In this document: piece after piece, positions 29,834 through 39,194 of the stretch
Layout: the number at the start of each line of letters is the position of its first letter
Position numbering within the stretch: position 1 is the first letter of the stretch
Origin: a candidate division WOR-3 bacterium
Lineage (GTDB): Bacteria; Hydrothermota; Tepidihabitantia; Tepidihabitantales; Tepidihabitantaceae
Direction of reading: 5' to 3'
Length of the DNA: 64,000 nt
Assembly (NCBI GenBank): GCA_024653355.1
Contig: JANLFQ010000001.1
Location: 576,576-640,575 of the forward strand
Made by a program: the position numbers and the translations under genes
The notes under the pieces: generated by a model
The model's database searches: none
What the model was told of the DNA's origin: nothing
The model's input: the letters and a program-made list of their open reading frames with translations, nothing else

Positions 29834-30798
29834 AGCACCGCCTGCAACTGAGCAATCACACCCTGGTATCCCCAATCACCAAGCAGGGTGTGATATTGAT
29901 AACCGAGAAGAACCTTCAACCTCCCCTCAACAATGTCCAGCCCCAGTGCCGCAAGCCCCCGCCCCTGGAATTTGCCGTTGTCCCGGGCAATCAACTCCAG
30001 TCGCGTCCCGGGCACAAAAAAACCGAAATCGTAACCGCCTTCAACAAATCCAGCCAGTGTCATCCGGTTCTGGAATTTCCGGTAAATCAACTCCAGTTGA
30101 GAAGAAAAGCCCCGCTGTTTCCACCGGATCTCACCCGCAACCCCTAACCAGCGTACCGCCTCGGGATAAACCCAACCATAATATCCGCTCCCCCCAATCC
30201 AGATGTCATAATCGGCAAACGGTTTTCCAATTACACGGCAACTGACATCCTTCCAGCCGTTGTTATCGCCGCTGTTTGGTCCGGTCCCGTTAACCACCGT
30301 GCCAAACAGCCGGTAATCAAACTTTCCTGGACAGGGCGGAGCATAGGACAAACTCAAACCGATATCGCGGATATCACCAGGTTTCAGCACATCGGTATAC
30401 AAGAGCGAATAGTCCTCAACTCTCAAATCCTGTTCCCGGGTTTCGCTCTCAAAATTAAGCGGGGTTTTAAACTGCCCAAGGCGCAGCGCCATTCCGTTTT
30501 CCCACCGAAAATCGACAAACAGGTCCCGCAGATACAGTCGGCTGAAGTCAAACTCCATCCGGGCGCTAACCCCTTTAAGCAGTTCTCCGGTTAAACCGAA
30601 AACCGCCAGCCGCTTCTGAAACTCAAATCCGGTTGTTACCCACCCGGTGCTGTTTATCCCCTGCCAGAACAGGGCATAAGCCTGAATTAGCCCATCAACC
30701 TTTAACCGGTCCGGAACAACGGTGATTTCCGCCTGCAAACAGGGGTTCGGCGGAAAAAGAATAAGGGCGACGATAAGAAGGAATCTTCTCCCCTTCAA
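29830..30798 (-). CDS. Hypothetical secreted protein, probably an outer-membrane protein
   Basis: Signal peptide present; 322 aa and rich in beta-strand-like Gly/Tyr/Trp segments. It starts 25 nt downstream of the tRNA-Sec gene on the same strand. Confidence 0.4.
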   Translation of the reverse strand: MKGRRFLLIVALILFPPNPCLQAEITVVPDRLKVDGLIQAYALFWQGINSTGWVTTGFEFQKRLAVFGLTGELLKGVSARMEFDFSRLYLRDLFVDFRWENGMALRLGQFKTPLNFESETREQDLRVEDYSLLYTDVLKPGDIRDIGLSLSYAPPCPGKFDYRLFGTVVNGTGPNSGDNNGWKDVSCRVIGKPFADYDIWIGGSGYYGWVYPEAVRWLGVAGEIRWKQRGFSSQLELIYRKFQNRMTLAGFVEGGYDFGFFVPGTRLELIARDNGKFQGRGLAALGLDIVEGRLKVLLGYQYHTLLGDWGYQGVIAQLQAVL

Positions 30799-30822
30799 CC
30801 CGCTCCCTTCTCAACCAAAAAC

Positions 30823-30917
30823 TGGCGGAGGCGGGTAGGAATCGAACCTACCGGTCCACTTATCGCAGACCATACGGATTTGAAGTCCGCCAGGCACACC
30901 AGCACCCATCCGCCTCC
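30823..30917 (-). tRNA. selC: tRNA-Sec (selC), anticodon UCA
   Basis: The reverse complement folds as a canonical bacterial tRNA-Sec. It has an 8-bp acceptor stem (GGAGGCGG/CCGCCTCC) and a 6-bp D stem with a 4-nt loop. The anticodon loop CUUCAAA is identical to E. coli selC. It also has a long variable arm, a 5-bp T stem with loop TTCGATT, discriminator G and an encoded CCA. Total length is 95 nt. Confidence 0.85.
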
Positions 30918-30926
30918 GCATAACAT

Positions 30927-32897
30927 CTAATGCTGAACAATAACCTTTCTTACCTGCTTACCCCTGGCGTCGTCCACGCGCAGGAAATAAACTCCGGTTG
31001 GCAAATTACGAACATCCAGCCGCACTGTTTGTTGCCCGCTACCGCCCTCACCGCTGAAAACCAAGTTCCATTTCTGCACCAGCGCACCGGTCCGGTCGTA
31101 CATCCGAAGACTGACATTTCCCATAGGTGTTCCTGTTAGATGCACCAACCCTTCATTACGAACCGGATTCGGGGCAACTGTTAATGCCGATATTCCAAAA
31201 ACCCGTTTTGGTTCGGCAACCGCCACACTCTCCTCCCAGACGATAAGTTCCGCGCCGAGGGTATCGTTAAACCGCCGTTCATCGCCAATCAGTTCACTCC
31301 AACAAGTAACGGTAAACAATCCGCTGCTCTCAGCGCGAAAGACATTGAATTCAACGGTTTCAACCATTCCCGGTGTGAGATTCAACCATACACTATCACG
31401 GTATTCGCCCGGGGTCACAGTTAGTTTTATCCAGCAACTGTCTCGGTTTATCGCCAGATTTTTAACAACCGCGCCGGGCACAAACGAATCTTCTATCCAG
31501 AGCGATTCCGGGACAACCAAAGCGGTCAGGGCAAAATCGTGCTGCACCTCGTAAAACTTGCCGATTAACAGGTCGTAACCGGTTGAATCGTTAAAACTCA
31601 TACCGCCGATATATAAAAACCCATTGCGGCTTGTAACAATCCGGTAGCCCAGGTCCTCATTATGACTTGCCGGATTGTCCCAGAGATAAGAATAAAGCAA
31701 ATTGCCCGTGTTGTCGTACTTCAGCACCCCGATATCGCGGACTGTTGTCCGTGTGTCAACATTACCAATCACCAGCACCTGACCTAAAGAGTCAACAACG
31801 ATATCCGTACCTTCGTCTTCCAGCATTGCGCCATCATAACGCTGGGTCCAGCGCGGCACCCCGGCTGATGTGTAAGACACCGTGGCGATGTCGTAATCGG
31901 TTACATCGTCAAGACTGGTACCGGTCACAAACACATTGCCCGCCTGGTCCAATGTCAACCCGTAAAGCAAATCCTCGTTGTTGGCAGGGTAACGGTTGTA
32001 CGCCCGTGCCCAGAGCGAGTCGCCATTCCGACTGTACTTCATCGTAAAATAGTTGTAATCCTGATTGTCGTCATAGACAATGCCCCCGATAACAATCGTG
32101 CTTGTCACCGGGTCAAACTTAATTTTCATTCCGTAGTCATCGCCGACCCAGGGGTAGTTATTCTTACGCCGCAACCAGCTCCGGACACCGGTTGGTGTGT
32201 AACGAATCGTCGCAATATCATAATCGGTGCCGTCATCGTAACTGGTTCCGGTAACATAGACATTGTTAGAGTCATCAACACAGATCGAATAGGAAATGTC
32301 CTCGTCGTTTTCCGGGGTCCGGTTGTAATAACGAACCCAAACGGTATCACCGGTTGTCCCGTTGTAGCAGATGGTGCAGTAATCTGTGTTACCGGTACTA
32401 TCCGAACTGTAACCGGTAACAATCACCCGGCCCAAGCGGTCAAGACAGAGTGCCAGCGCCGCGTCATCTTGATTAAACGCCCGGCGCCAGGTTTTTGCCC
32501 AGAGCAACTGACCGGTTGCGGAATATTTCAGCGTCACCCAATCGATGTCCATCACCGTGTCAATCACCCAACCGCATACATAAACCTGGCCCAGACTGTC
32601 CACAACCAGTGCTGCTGCCGAGTCGTCCTGGTGTGCTCGGCCGTCATAGGTGGCAGTCCAGACCAGTTGACCTGTTGAATCGTATTTTTGAACAACAATG
32701 TCCGCGGTTTGCGCTATCGTACCTGTCACCCCCGTTACATAAACATTGCCCACCCTGTCAACTACCATATCAGAAAAAATCTCTTCGCCTCTTGCCGTAC
32801 CATCAAACTGCCGCAACCAGGCGGTATCAAGCTGTGCCGATGTAGTTCCAAAGAACAAAACCGTCAAGAGAAACGACACAACACGCAAAAAGTTCAT
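30927..32897 (-). CDS. SBBP beta-propeller repeat protein with T9SS C-terminal sorting domain
   Basis: Signal peptide MNFLRVVSFLLTVLFFGTTSAQ. Repeated …VYVTG… SBBP units. The C-terminal tail is …NLPTGVYFLRVDDARGKQVRKVIVQH. Confidence 0.65.
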   Translation of the reverse strand: MNFLRVVSFLLTVLFFGTTSAQLDTAWLRQFDGTARGEEIFSDMVVDRVGNVYVTGVTGTIAQTADIVVQKYDSTGQLVWTATYDGRAHQDDSAAALVVDSLGQVYVCGWVIDTVMDIDWVTLKYSATGQLLWAKTWRRAFNQDDAALALCLDRLGRVIVTGYSSDSTGNTDYCTICYNGTTGDTVWVRYYNRTPENDEDISYSICVDDSNNVYVTGTSYDDGTDYDIATIRYTPTGVRSWLRRKNNYPWVGDDYGMKIKFDPVTSTIVIGGIVYDDNQDYNYFTMKYSRNGDSLWARAYNRYPANNEDLLYGLTLDQAGNVFVTGTSLDDVTDYDIATVSYTSAGVPRWTQRYDGAMLEDEGTDIVVDSLGQVLVIGNVDTRTTVRDIGVLKYDNTGNLLYSYLWDNPASHNEDLGYRIVTSRNGFLYIGGMSFNDSTGYDLLIGKFYEVQHDFALTALVVPESLWIEDSFVPGAVVKNLAINRDSCWIKLTVTPGEYRDSVWLNLTPGMVETVEFNVFRAESSGLFTVTCWSELIGDERRFNDTLGAELIVWEESVAVAEPKRVFGISALTVAPNPVRNEGLVHLTGTPMGNVSLRMYDRTGALVQKWNLVFSGEGGSGQQTVRLDVRNLPTGVYFLRVDDARGKQVRKVIVQH

Positions 32898-33465
32898 TTG
32901 TCCTCCTCGCAACTAATGTTACTCATCTTTAACAATTTACCGCCGAATCCTCCTCTTGTCAATCCATACGCACCGATAAACTTAAATAGCGCAAAACTGT
33001 TCGTTTAAACAAACCGGTTTAACTCGAATTTAACACCGGGTAGATTAAACCTGACTGTGCCGAAGATGTTCACCCTCTCTGACCTGAAGACACCATTGGG
33101 AACAAACCGGGAAATAGAATTCAGGACCGCACCAAAGACCGATTGGCAGATTACCGGGTCAGTTGGTAATAAAATGGTAGATTAGACGGTTCTGGTTAGA
33201 ATCCTGTTGATTATCAATAAGATAGGTGCTAAAACGGTCGGGAAAACGGTTTCTGGAAGGTTAAGAATGATGGTAAGAAAGGTGATAGGAAAAGGGGTAT
33301 ATAAGACTATTCCAGGGATTGCCCCCGGACTACTGGGGGAACGGTTTTTTGTCACTTTTCGTTAAATTTTCGTATTAAGAAAATAGGGCAAAAAATTTTG
33401 CTGCCTTTGCATTTGGCATTAACCGCGTCATTCGCATCGTGGATACACACAACCAAAGGCATCTG

Positions 33466-33510
33466 TTGACTGCAAACAAATTATTATAATAATAAAGTAA
33501 AAAGGAGCAG
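33466..33510 (+). promoter_or_regulatory. Promoter region (-35 TTGACT, AT-rich -10) and Shine-Dalgarno AAAGGAG for the BNR-repeat gene
   Basis: TTGACT at 33466-33471, a TATAAT/AATAAT stretch at 33485-33494 and AAAGGAG at 33500-33506, 8 nt before the ATG. Confidence 0.4.
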
Positions 33511-33514
33511 CGCA

Positions 33515-34735
33515 ATGCGTATCATTCTGTCCCTTCTATCCCTCAGTACAATTGTCTTTGCCCGGTGGACGGCTATCGGACCTGCCGGTGGCCCGGTTTA
33601 CTCCGGTGGAATCAGCCGAACCAATCCCCCTGTAATCTACTTTTCACCTTACGCCTCTCCAACAAAACTGTTGAAATCAACCGACGCGGGCACAACCTGG
33701 GAGTTCACCAACGGCACTCTCAGCACCTATCCAAGAGAAATCGTGGTCCATCCGCACAACCCTGATATCGTTTACGCCCTGACCGGTTCCGCCATTTACA
33801 AAACCACAAATGGTGGTAGTTCCTGGACTCTCAATTCGGTTCCAGCAAGTCACTACTTTTACACCTTTACCATCAATCCCCTAAACCCGGATGAACTTTT
33901 CGCCGCCGGGTACAACTACACTGGTGGCTCTGCCCGATTGGCATTTGCTCGCAGCACCAATGCCGGTGTCAGCTGGACAACAACCATCTGTGATACCACA
34001 CCTTCATCTTATGGTTACTCAATCGCCGTTGACCCGGTTGACACAAGTGTAATATATGTCGGGGGCTATCGCAGCACCGGGGGCACAACCACGCTCTATC
34101 GGTCATTTGACCGGGGAGAAACCTGGGAAGAAATTAATCTTGCTATCACCGGCTACTACCCCTATGCGCTCCACATCAACCCTGCAAACAACAACATTAT
34201 CCTCATCGCCCCTTACACGAGCGGAATATACCGTTCCACCGACCGGGGCGCAACTTGGACCCGGACCGCAATCATCACCAGCGTCTACCGTATTGCCTCT
34301 GCCGCCGGCGAACCGGCAACCGTTTATGCCACAAACAGCAGTGGTATCTATAAGAGCACCGACGCCGGTATCACCTGGACAAGAATTGGAACTGGCGTGC
34401 TCGGTACACCCAACTACTGTCTGCTGACAAACCCTGTTGACCCGGGCACCGTTTACTTTGGAACGAAGGTTGGGTTCTACCGTTCTACCGACTACGGCGT
34501 TACCTGGGAGAATACGACAAATACAATTTCCTTTAATAAAACCACCGTAATCGCCCTTGCCTCGGACAACGCTACCGTCTATACCGAATGCCTTGACAAC
34601 GCCATCTACCGTTCAACTGACAACGGCGCCTCCTGGGAACGTTGTCCGGATTTTCTCTCCTGCGGCAACATCTGCGGCATCGCCGTGCACCCTTCTGACC
34701 CTCAAACCGTGTGGGCGCTTGAAGGCTCCGGTTGA
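33515..34735 (+). CDS. BNR/Asp-box repeat secreted protein, N-terminal 406 codons ending at an in-frame TGA; the frame continues uninterrupted to 35722
   Basis: Signal peptide present, followed by at least 8 repeats of the form x-[YF]-[RK]-S-T-D-x-G-x-[ST]-W. TGA at 34733-34735. Confidence 0.6.
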   Translation: MRIILSLLSLSTIVFARWTAIGPAGGPVYSGGISRTNPPVIYFSPYASPTKLLKSTDAGTTWEFTNGTLSTYPREIVVHPHNPDIVYALTGSAIYKTTNGGSSWTLNSVPASHYFYTFTINPLNPDELFAAGYNYTGGSARLAFARSTNAGVSWTTTICDTTPSSYGYSIAVDPVDTSVIYVGGYRSTGGTTTLYRSFDRGETWEEINLAITGYYPYALHINPANNNIILIAPYTSGIYRSTDRGATWTRTAIITSVYRIASAAGEPATVYATNSSGIYKSTDAGITWTRIGTGVLGTPNYCLLTNPVDPGTVYFGTKVGFYRSTDYGVTWENTTNTISFNKTTVIALASDNATVYTECLDNAIYRSTDNGASWERCPDFLSCGNICGIAVHPSDPQTVWALEGSG

Positions 34736-35005
34736 GGCAACGCTGAGCTCTTTAAGAGCACAGACGGCGGGTCCGTCTGGACACAGGTTGAAAGTTATCT
34801 GGTTGATGGTGCTGCCATCGCCATTTCGCCCCACAATCCCGATATCATCTTCAGCGCCGGTTTTGGTTCCATCAACGGTGCCTATCGCATCCAGACCTCT
34901 TACACTACAAATGGCGGCAGCGTCTGGCACCACGACACCCTGGAAGATTCTATCGCCCGTGTTAATGCCCTGATTTTTGACCCCTATGACTCAAACCGCA
35001 TCCTG

Positions 35006-35722
35006 ATGGGCGGCGACTCAATGTACTCCTACAAACTCCTTCTGGTAAGCACTGACCTGGGCAACACCTGGCGCCACATTGGCAATAACTTAACGGGTTC
35101 GATTTACTGCCTTGCTGCAGTACCCACCACCCCGGGTGCGTTTTTCGCCGGCACCAGTCAGGGACTGTTTTTGTCTACTGACGGTGGCAACAACTGGACA
35201 CGCACCGGCACATTCACCTATGTCAAAGCGGTCTGTGTCCATCCGGAAAATGAAAGCATCGTCTATGCCGGCACCAACAACGGCGTTTATCTCACCACTG
35301 ACCGTGGCACGGTCTGGCAACAGATTAACGAAGGATTACTTAACCTTAATGTCGTTGCGCTGACCCTACACAGCGGTGAAAATCCCACAGTGTTCGCCGG
35401 TACCAGCGGCGCGGGAATTTTTACCACCTCGCCACCAACCGGCATCGCTCATCAAACACAAACAGCGTTACGGACGCTCAAACTAACACCCAACCCCTCT
35501 CGCGGGTTTATTAGGCTAATCGGCTTAACCCGTAGCGAAAACGGCATCTCCTGTTCTGTCTATGACCGTAGCGGGCGCCTCCTGCTTTCAACAACACCCC
35601 AACCAGCATCGGATAACAACACCTGGCTCCTCGATTTGCACCACTTACCCTCAGGCACTTACTTCCTCGGTATTAAAGATGGTCAGAAAACGGTGTTCCA
35701 GCCATTAATAATCTCCAAATAG
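35006..35722 (+). CDS. C-terminal segment of the same BNR-repeat frame, carrying the T9SS C-terminal sorting domain; no signal peptide of its own
   Basis: Same reading frame as 33515-34735, with no stop codon between 34736 and 35722. The C-terminal tail is …LPSGTYFLGIKDGQKTVFQPLIISK. The ATG at 35006 is only the first methionine in the frame. Confidence 0.45.
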   Translation: MGGDSMYSYKLLLVSTDLGNTWRHIGNNLTGSIYCLAAVPTTPGAFFAGTSQGLFLSTDGGNNWTRTGTFTYVKAVCVHPENESIVYAGTNNGVYLTTDRGTVWQQINEGLLNLNVVALTLHSGENPTVFAGTSGAGIFTTSPPTGIAHQTQTALRTLKLTPNPSRGFIRLIGLTRSENGISCSVYDRSGRLLLSTTPQPASDNNTWLLDLHHLPSGTYFLGIKDGQKTVFQPLIISK

Positions 35723-35790
35723 GAGAGGCGAACGGCATAACGACTCGTTCAATAAGTTGACGGCTACTTGAAAAGTGCTATCTTGAACTG

Positions 35791-36693
35791 GTGGCATTAA
35801 GCGAACATTACGAGCGCCATTTAACGAACTTTCTTACCTATTTAGAAAAGGAGCGCCGCTTTTCTTCCCATACGGTCCGCTCTTATGAAGTGGACCTCCG
35901 CCAGTTCTTTGACTTCTGTACTGAACAACTTGGCGGAAAATCGATCGCTCAACTAACCCGTTCTGACATTCGTGATTTTCTGGGCGCGGTTCTGCGCTAT
36001 GGCTACACTGCAAAGAGCGCTGTGCGAAAACTGTCCGCATTGAAATCGTTTTTCCGCTATCTTCTCTCAACCGGAGAAGTTCTGCAAAGCCCGGCTCGGG
36101 GTATTAAAGGACCGCCCATCGAAAAGCAACTGCCGCCTCTTATCACCCAGCTGCAGATTGCCCAGGTCCTGAACAGCACCGATGATTCGCCCCAATCGCT
36201 ACGTACCATTGCGATTCTTGAAACAATCTACGGTTCAGGCTTACGCGCTGCCGAACTTGTCGGACTGAACCGTTCTGACATCGACTTTGCGCACAACACA
36301 ATCCGAATCCGAGGTAAGGGCGGTAAAGAACGACTCCTGCCTCTGGGAAGCAAGGAAAAGTCGGCTTTACAGAAATACCTTGCGGTGCGCGGCTACCCGG
36401 ACGCTGAACCGCTCTTCCTTAACAATCAGGGCAAGAGACTTACCACCCGTTCGGTTCAAAATATCGTGCGCCGTGCCTTGAGCCAGATCGCCGGCATCAC
36501 CGCTACCAATCCCCACGCCCTCCGTCACGCATTTGCGACCCATCTTCTGGAACGGGGTGCTGACCTGCGCGCTGTTCAGGAACTTCTTGGCCACTCTTCA
36601 CTCTCATCCACTCAGATTTACACCCACCTTACTGTTGAACGTTTGCGCAAAGTTTACGATAAAGCCCATCCGCGTTCTGGGGCGAAGAGTTGA
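35791..36693 (+). CDS. xerC: Tyrosine recombinase XerC/XerD family
   Basis: GTG start. It has an N-terminal SAM-like domain and the C-terminal catalytic region …HALRHAFATHLLERGADLRAVQELLGHSSLSSTQIYTHL. Confidence 0.8.
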   Translation: MALSEHYERHLTNFLTYLEKERRFSSHTVRSYEVDLRQFFDFCTEQLGGKSIAQLTRSDIRDFLGAVLRYGYTAKSAVRKLSALKSFFRYLLSTGEVLQSPARGIKGPPIEKQLPPLITQLQIAQVLNSTDDSPQSLRTIAILETIYGSGLRAAELVGLNRSDIDFAHNTIRIRGKGGKERLLPLGSKEKSALQKYLAVRGYPDAEPLFLNNQGKRLTTRSVQNIVRRALSQIAGITATNPHALRHAFATHLLERGADLRAVQELLGHSSLSSTQIYTHLTVERLRKVYDKAHPRSGAKS

Positions 36694-36706
36694 GTCTAAA
36701 ACATTG

Positions 36707-37867
36707 CTAAAAAAATTTAATCCTGCGCCGCGGTAACATCCGCCCTTTCCAGGATGTCTTCCCCAGAATGGTTAATACTATTGAGGCGAATCCCAACCCA
36801 CTGGCAACAGTCATAGTCAGCGGATAGAGGAAAACAATCTTACCGGGTAATTTTGCCTTCACCGCTACAACGCTCCAGACGATTACCGCAAACAGAATCG
36901 TAACAACCGCCGCATAGAACTGACCGTTAAAATTTAGCCGAACAACACCCCTTCCGGCTTCAATCAGTGGCTGCCAGGTTATCAATAGCATCCAGCACCA
37001 AACAAACAGTGCCGGTATCAGTCGATAGTCAAATATCGCAAAAAAGTTCTTGCTGAACCCCTGCCATGCTGAAACAAAACCCCGGTACATACGCGTTGAA
37101 ACACAGTCGGTTGCATCTATCATGCGCCAGCTCATTCCCGCCTTCTTAATCCGGCGCGCCAGCGCTATATCCTCGGCGGCTTCGGTTCGCACTTCTCTGT
37201 GTCCGCCAATCAACTGGTAGGAAAGTTTACGGAACAACATAAACTTCCCATTCGCCGCAACTAATGCCTGAGAATTACGCCATCGATAAGCAATACCCAG
37301 CGGTAGAATCGACATTATTGCCCAGAAGAGAAACGGGACCGTTATCTTCTCACCAATCGTTGGAACAGAATTGTGGATTATTGCGGTTAGCAAATCGGCG
37401 TTGGTAACCGCCATTACCGCCACACCGCGACTCAATGTATCAGAACGAAAAACCGTATCGGCGTCGGTAAATAGAAGTAACTCGCCGGTTGCGGCATCTG
37501 CCAGTTGCTGGCAGGCCCAGGTTTTACCGGTCCAACCTTCGGGTAACGGAAGCCCATTAATAACCCTTAACCGCTGGTCGGCAAATTGGGCAAGAACTAT
37601 ACCGGTTCCGTCTTCTGAATGGTCGTCTAACACCAGAACCTCAAAATCACCGTAATCCTGCTCCAGTAACGAGGTAATGCATCGACCGATTGTCTCCGAT
37701 TCATTACGTGCCGGTATCAGGATTGATACCCGGGGGCGCCATGGACCTGATTGATAGCTACTCAGTCGACGCAAAAACAGTGCATTGCTCACAGTTATTA
37801 TCAACTGCACGCTAACAAATATCAATAAACGATAACTGTCCACGAAAAGATTGATAAACCTTATCAC
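36707..37867 (-). CDS. Family 2 glycosyltransferase with flanking transmembrane helices
   Basis: GT2 motifs ILIPARNESETI…LVLDDHSEDGT are present, with N- and C-terminal hydrophobic segments. Confidence 0.7.
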   Translation of the reverse strand: MIRFINLFVDSYRLLIFVSVQLIITVSNALFLRRLSSYQSGPWRPRVSILIPARNESETIGRCITSLLEQDYGDFEVLVLDDHSEDGTGIVLAQFADQRLRVINGLPLPEGWTGKTWACQQLADAATGELLLFTDADTVFRSDTLSRGVAVMAVTNADLLTAIIHNSVPTIGEKITVPFLFWAIMSILPLGIAYRWRNSQALVAANGKFMLFRKLSYQLIGGHREVRTEAAEDIALARRIKKAGMSWRMIDATDCVSTRMYRGFVSAWQGFSKNFFAIFDYRLIPALFVWCWMLLITWQPLIEAGRGVVRLNFNGQFYAAVVTILFAVIVWSVVAVKAKLPGKIVFLYPLTMTVASGLGFASIVLTILGKTSWKGRMLPRRRIKFF

Positions 37868-38415
37868 CGCCGAAATCCCATTTGATGTTTAAACATTACT
37901 ATCAGAAAATTACCCAGCGCCGCACCGGTGAGCACCGGGTCTCGGAACCGAAAACCGATATATACCAACATAAAGAGCAAACTGATTAAAACCGATAACC
38001 TGTCGTCCCGTAGCCGTAAAATAAATTTCAAAAAGAAAAGCATCCCACCCAGAAAGGTGGGGACCTCCCATAATGTCACACCACTCCAGACGCCGAAAGT
38101 TACCGCAAGTGCCTTACCGCCTCTGAACCGCAACCAAGGGGAAAAGGCATGTCCGAGCACCGGCGCAATTATCGTCAACAATAAAGGCACGCCGGCCAAC
38201 TTTAAGCCCCAATAACCTATCGCGACCGGCACCGCACCTTTGAGAAAATCAAGTAGCAACGCCACTCCCCCAATTATCGGACCGGCAACTTTAATCGCGT
38301 TAACAGCACCCGGATTACCATCACCCACACTCCTCAAATCCCGACCCCGAACCCGTGCCAGCCATAATGAAAACATCAGTGACCCGGAACAGAATGAAAA
38401 AAGAGGAAACAGCAA
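37864..38415 (-). CDS. plsY: Glycerol-3-phosphate acyltransferase PlsY
   Basis: GDGNPGAVNA motif; 183 aa membrane protein. Confidence 0.85.
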   Translation of the reverse strand: MLFPLFSFCSGSLMFSLWLARVRGRDLRSVGDGNPGAVNAIKVAGPIIGGVALLLDFLKGAVPVAIGYWGLKLAGVPLLLTIIAPVLGHAFSPWLRFRGGKALAVTFGVWSGVTLWEVPTFLGGMLFFLKFILRLRDDRLSVLISLLFMLVYIGFRFRDPVLTGAALGNFLIVMFKHQMGFRR

Positions 38416-38429
38416 TCGAATTACCCCAA

Positions 38430-39143
38430 CTAATCCCCCAATTTACTACTTTGACGCAAATCAAGTTGATAATCATCGTAAATGTCGTAGATTTCGATAC
38501 GCCGGCGCATAACCTCAACTAAAAAATTTAGGCGTAAATCCATCTGAAGCCTGAACTCCTTTGGTAACCGGTATCCTTGTATTAACCGATAATCAATCAC
38601 CATTTGAGCATCAGCAACCACAAACGGCAAACGCGCCGGGACAAACTCCAGCCGGACAACATCTCCCGAATTAACCATCACATAACCGACACTCCTGATG
38701 TGATAATCATCGGCACGCCGGGGGATAAATTTTACCATCACAACACTTTCCTTCTGCCAAACTCTACTCCCTATTACTTCATAACGATAGTCATCCCGTG
38801 TTTCCAGAAAAAACGGCATCTTGGTCTGACGCGCGATCAACCCCTTTTTCACTAAACTGCGGCAAACCTGTGTCTTTTCCCGCCCGGTAACTATCCTGCC
38901 ATCGACACTCACTTTAAGAAATTCGAACTCCTGTTCCTCGTAACGCTTCATTCTTACCCGGCGTCGACATTCTATCGTCTGCTGTTTGCCACTACGGAAA
39001 TCGGTCTCCTTGTAAGTAAAATCTGCCTGATAGGTGACACCCGCCAGTTCAGTTGCCACTTGACGCTGACGAAGGAATATCCGATTGATTACCTCTTCCT
39101 CATTTAAAACCCAACACAAAATTAGTATCCCGCTAAGGGGCAT
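38430..39143 (-). CDS. Hypothetical protein with an N-terminal signal anchor
   Basis: ORF only; no motif recognised. Confidence 0.35.
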   Translation of the reverse strand: MPLSGILILCWVLNEEEVINRIFLRQRQVATELAGVTYQADFTYKETDFRSGKQQTIECRRRVRMKRYEEQEFEFLKVSVDGRIVTGREKTQVCRSLVKKGLIARQTKMPFFLETRDDYRYEVIGSRVWQKESVVMVKFIPRRADDYHIRSVGYVMVNSGDVVRLEFVPARLPFVVADAQMVIDYRLIQGYRLPKEFRLQMDLRLNFLVEVMRRRIEIYDIYDDYQLDLRQSSKLGD

Positions 39144-39194
39144 GAGGCATTATCTTTTTATGTAGTCATTTGTCAAGGGTTAAAAACTTGTCCG

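Noticed and set aside
33290-33335. GC hairpin (CCCCCGG…CTGGGGG) followed by a T-run in the 33.0-33.5 kb intergenic region
   Set aside because: The T-run is separated from the stem by 5 nt and no plus-strand gene ends upstream. It is probably not a terminator.
34557-34973. 138-aa ORF in an alternative frame spanning the in-frame TGA of the BNR gene
   Set aside because: It is in a different frame from the continuous BNR repeat frame, it is low-complexity, and it is likely non-coding.
33515-35722. Genome-wide UGA reassignment, for example code 25 or code 4
   Set aside because: Dozens of genes in the window terminate cleanly at TGA, including mlaF/mlaE, rnfC, nnr and tsaB. Long ORFs are not otherwise fragmented. 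The GC content of about 50% is also atypical for UGA-recoding lineages.
35791-36693. Tyrosine recombinase as the integrase of a mobile element, near the tRNA and secreted-protein genes
   Set aside because: Its length and N-terminal SAM-like domain fit chromosomal XerC/XerD. No flanking direct repeats, phage genes or att-like duplication of a tRNA 3' end were seen.
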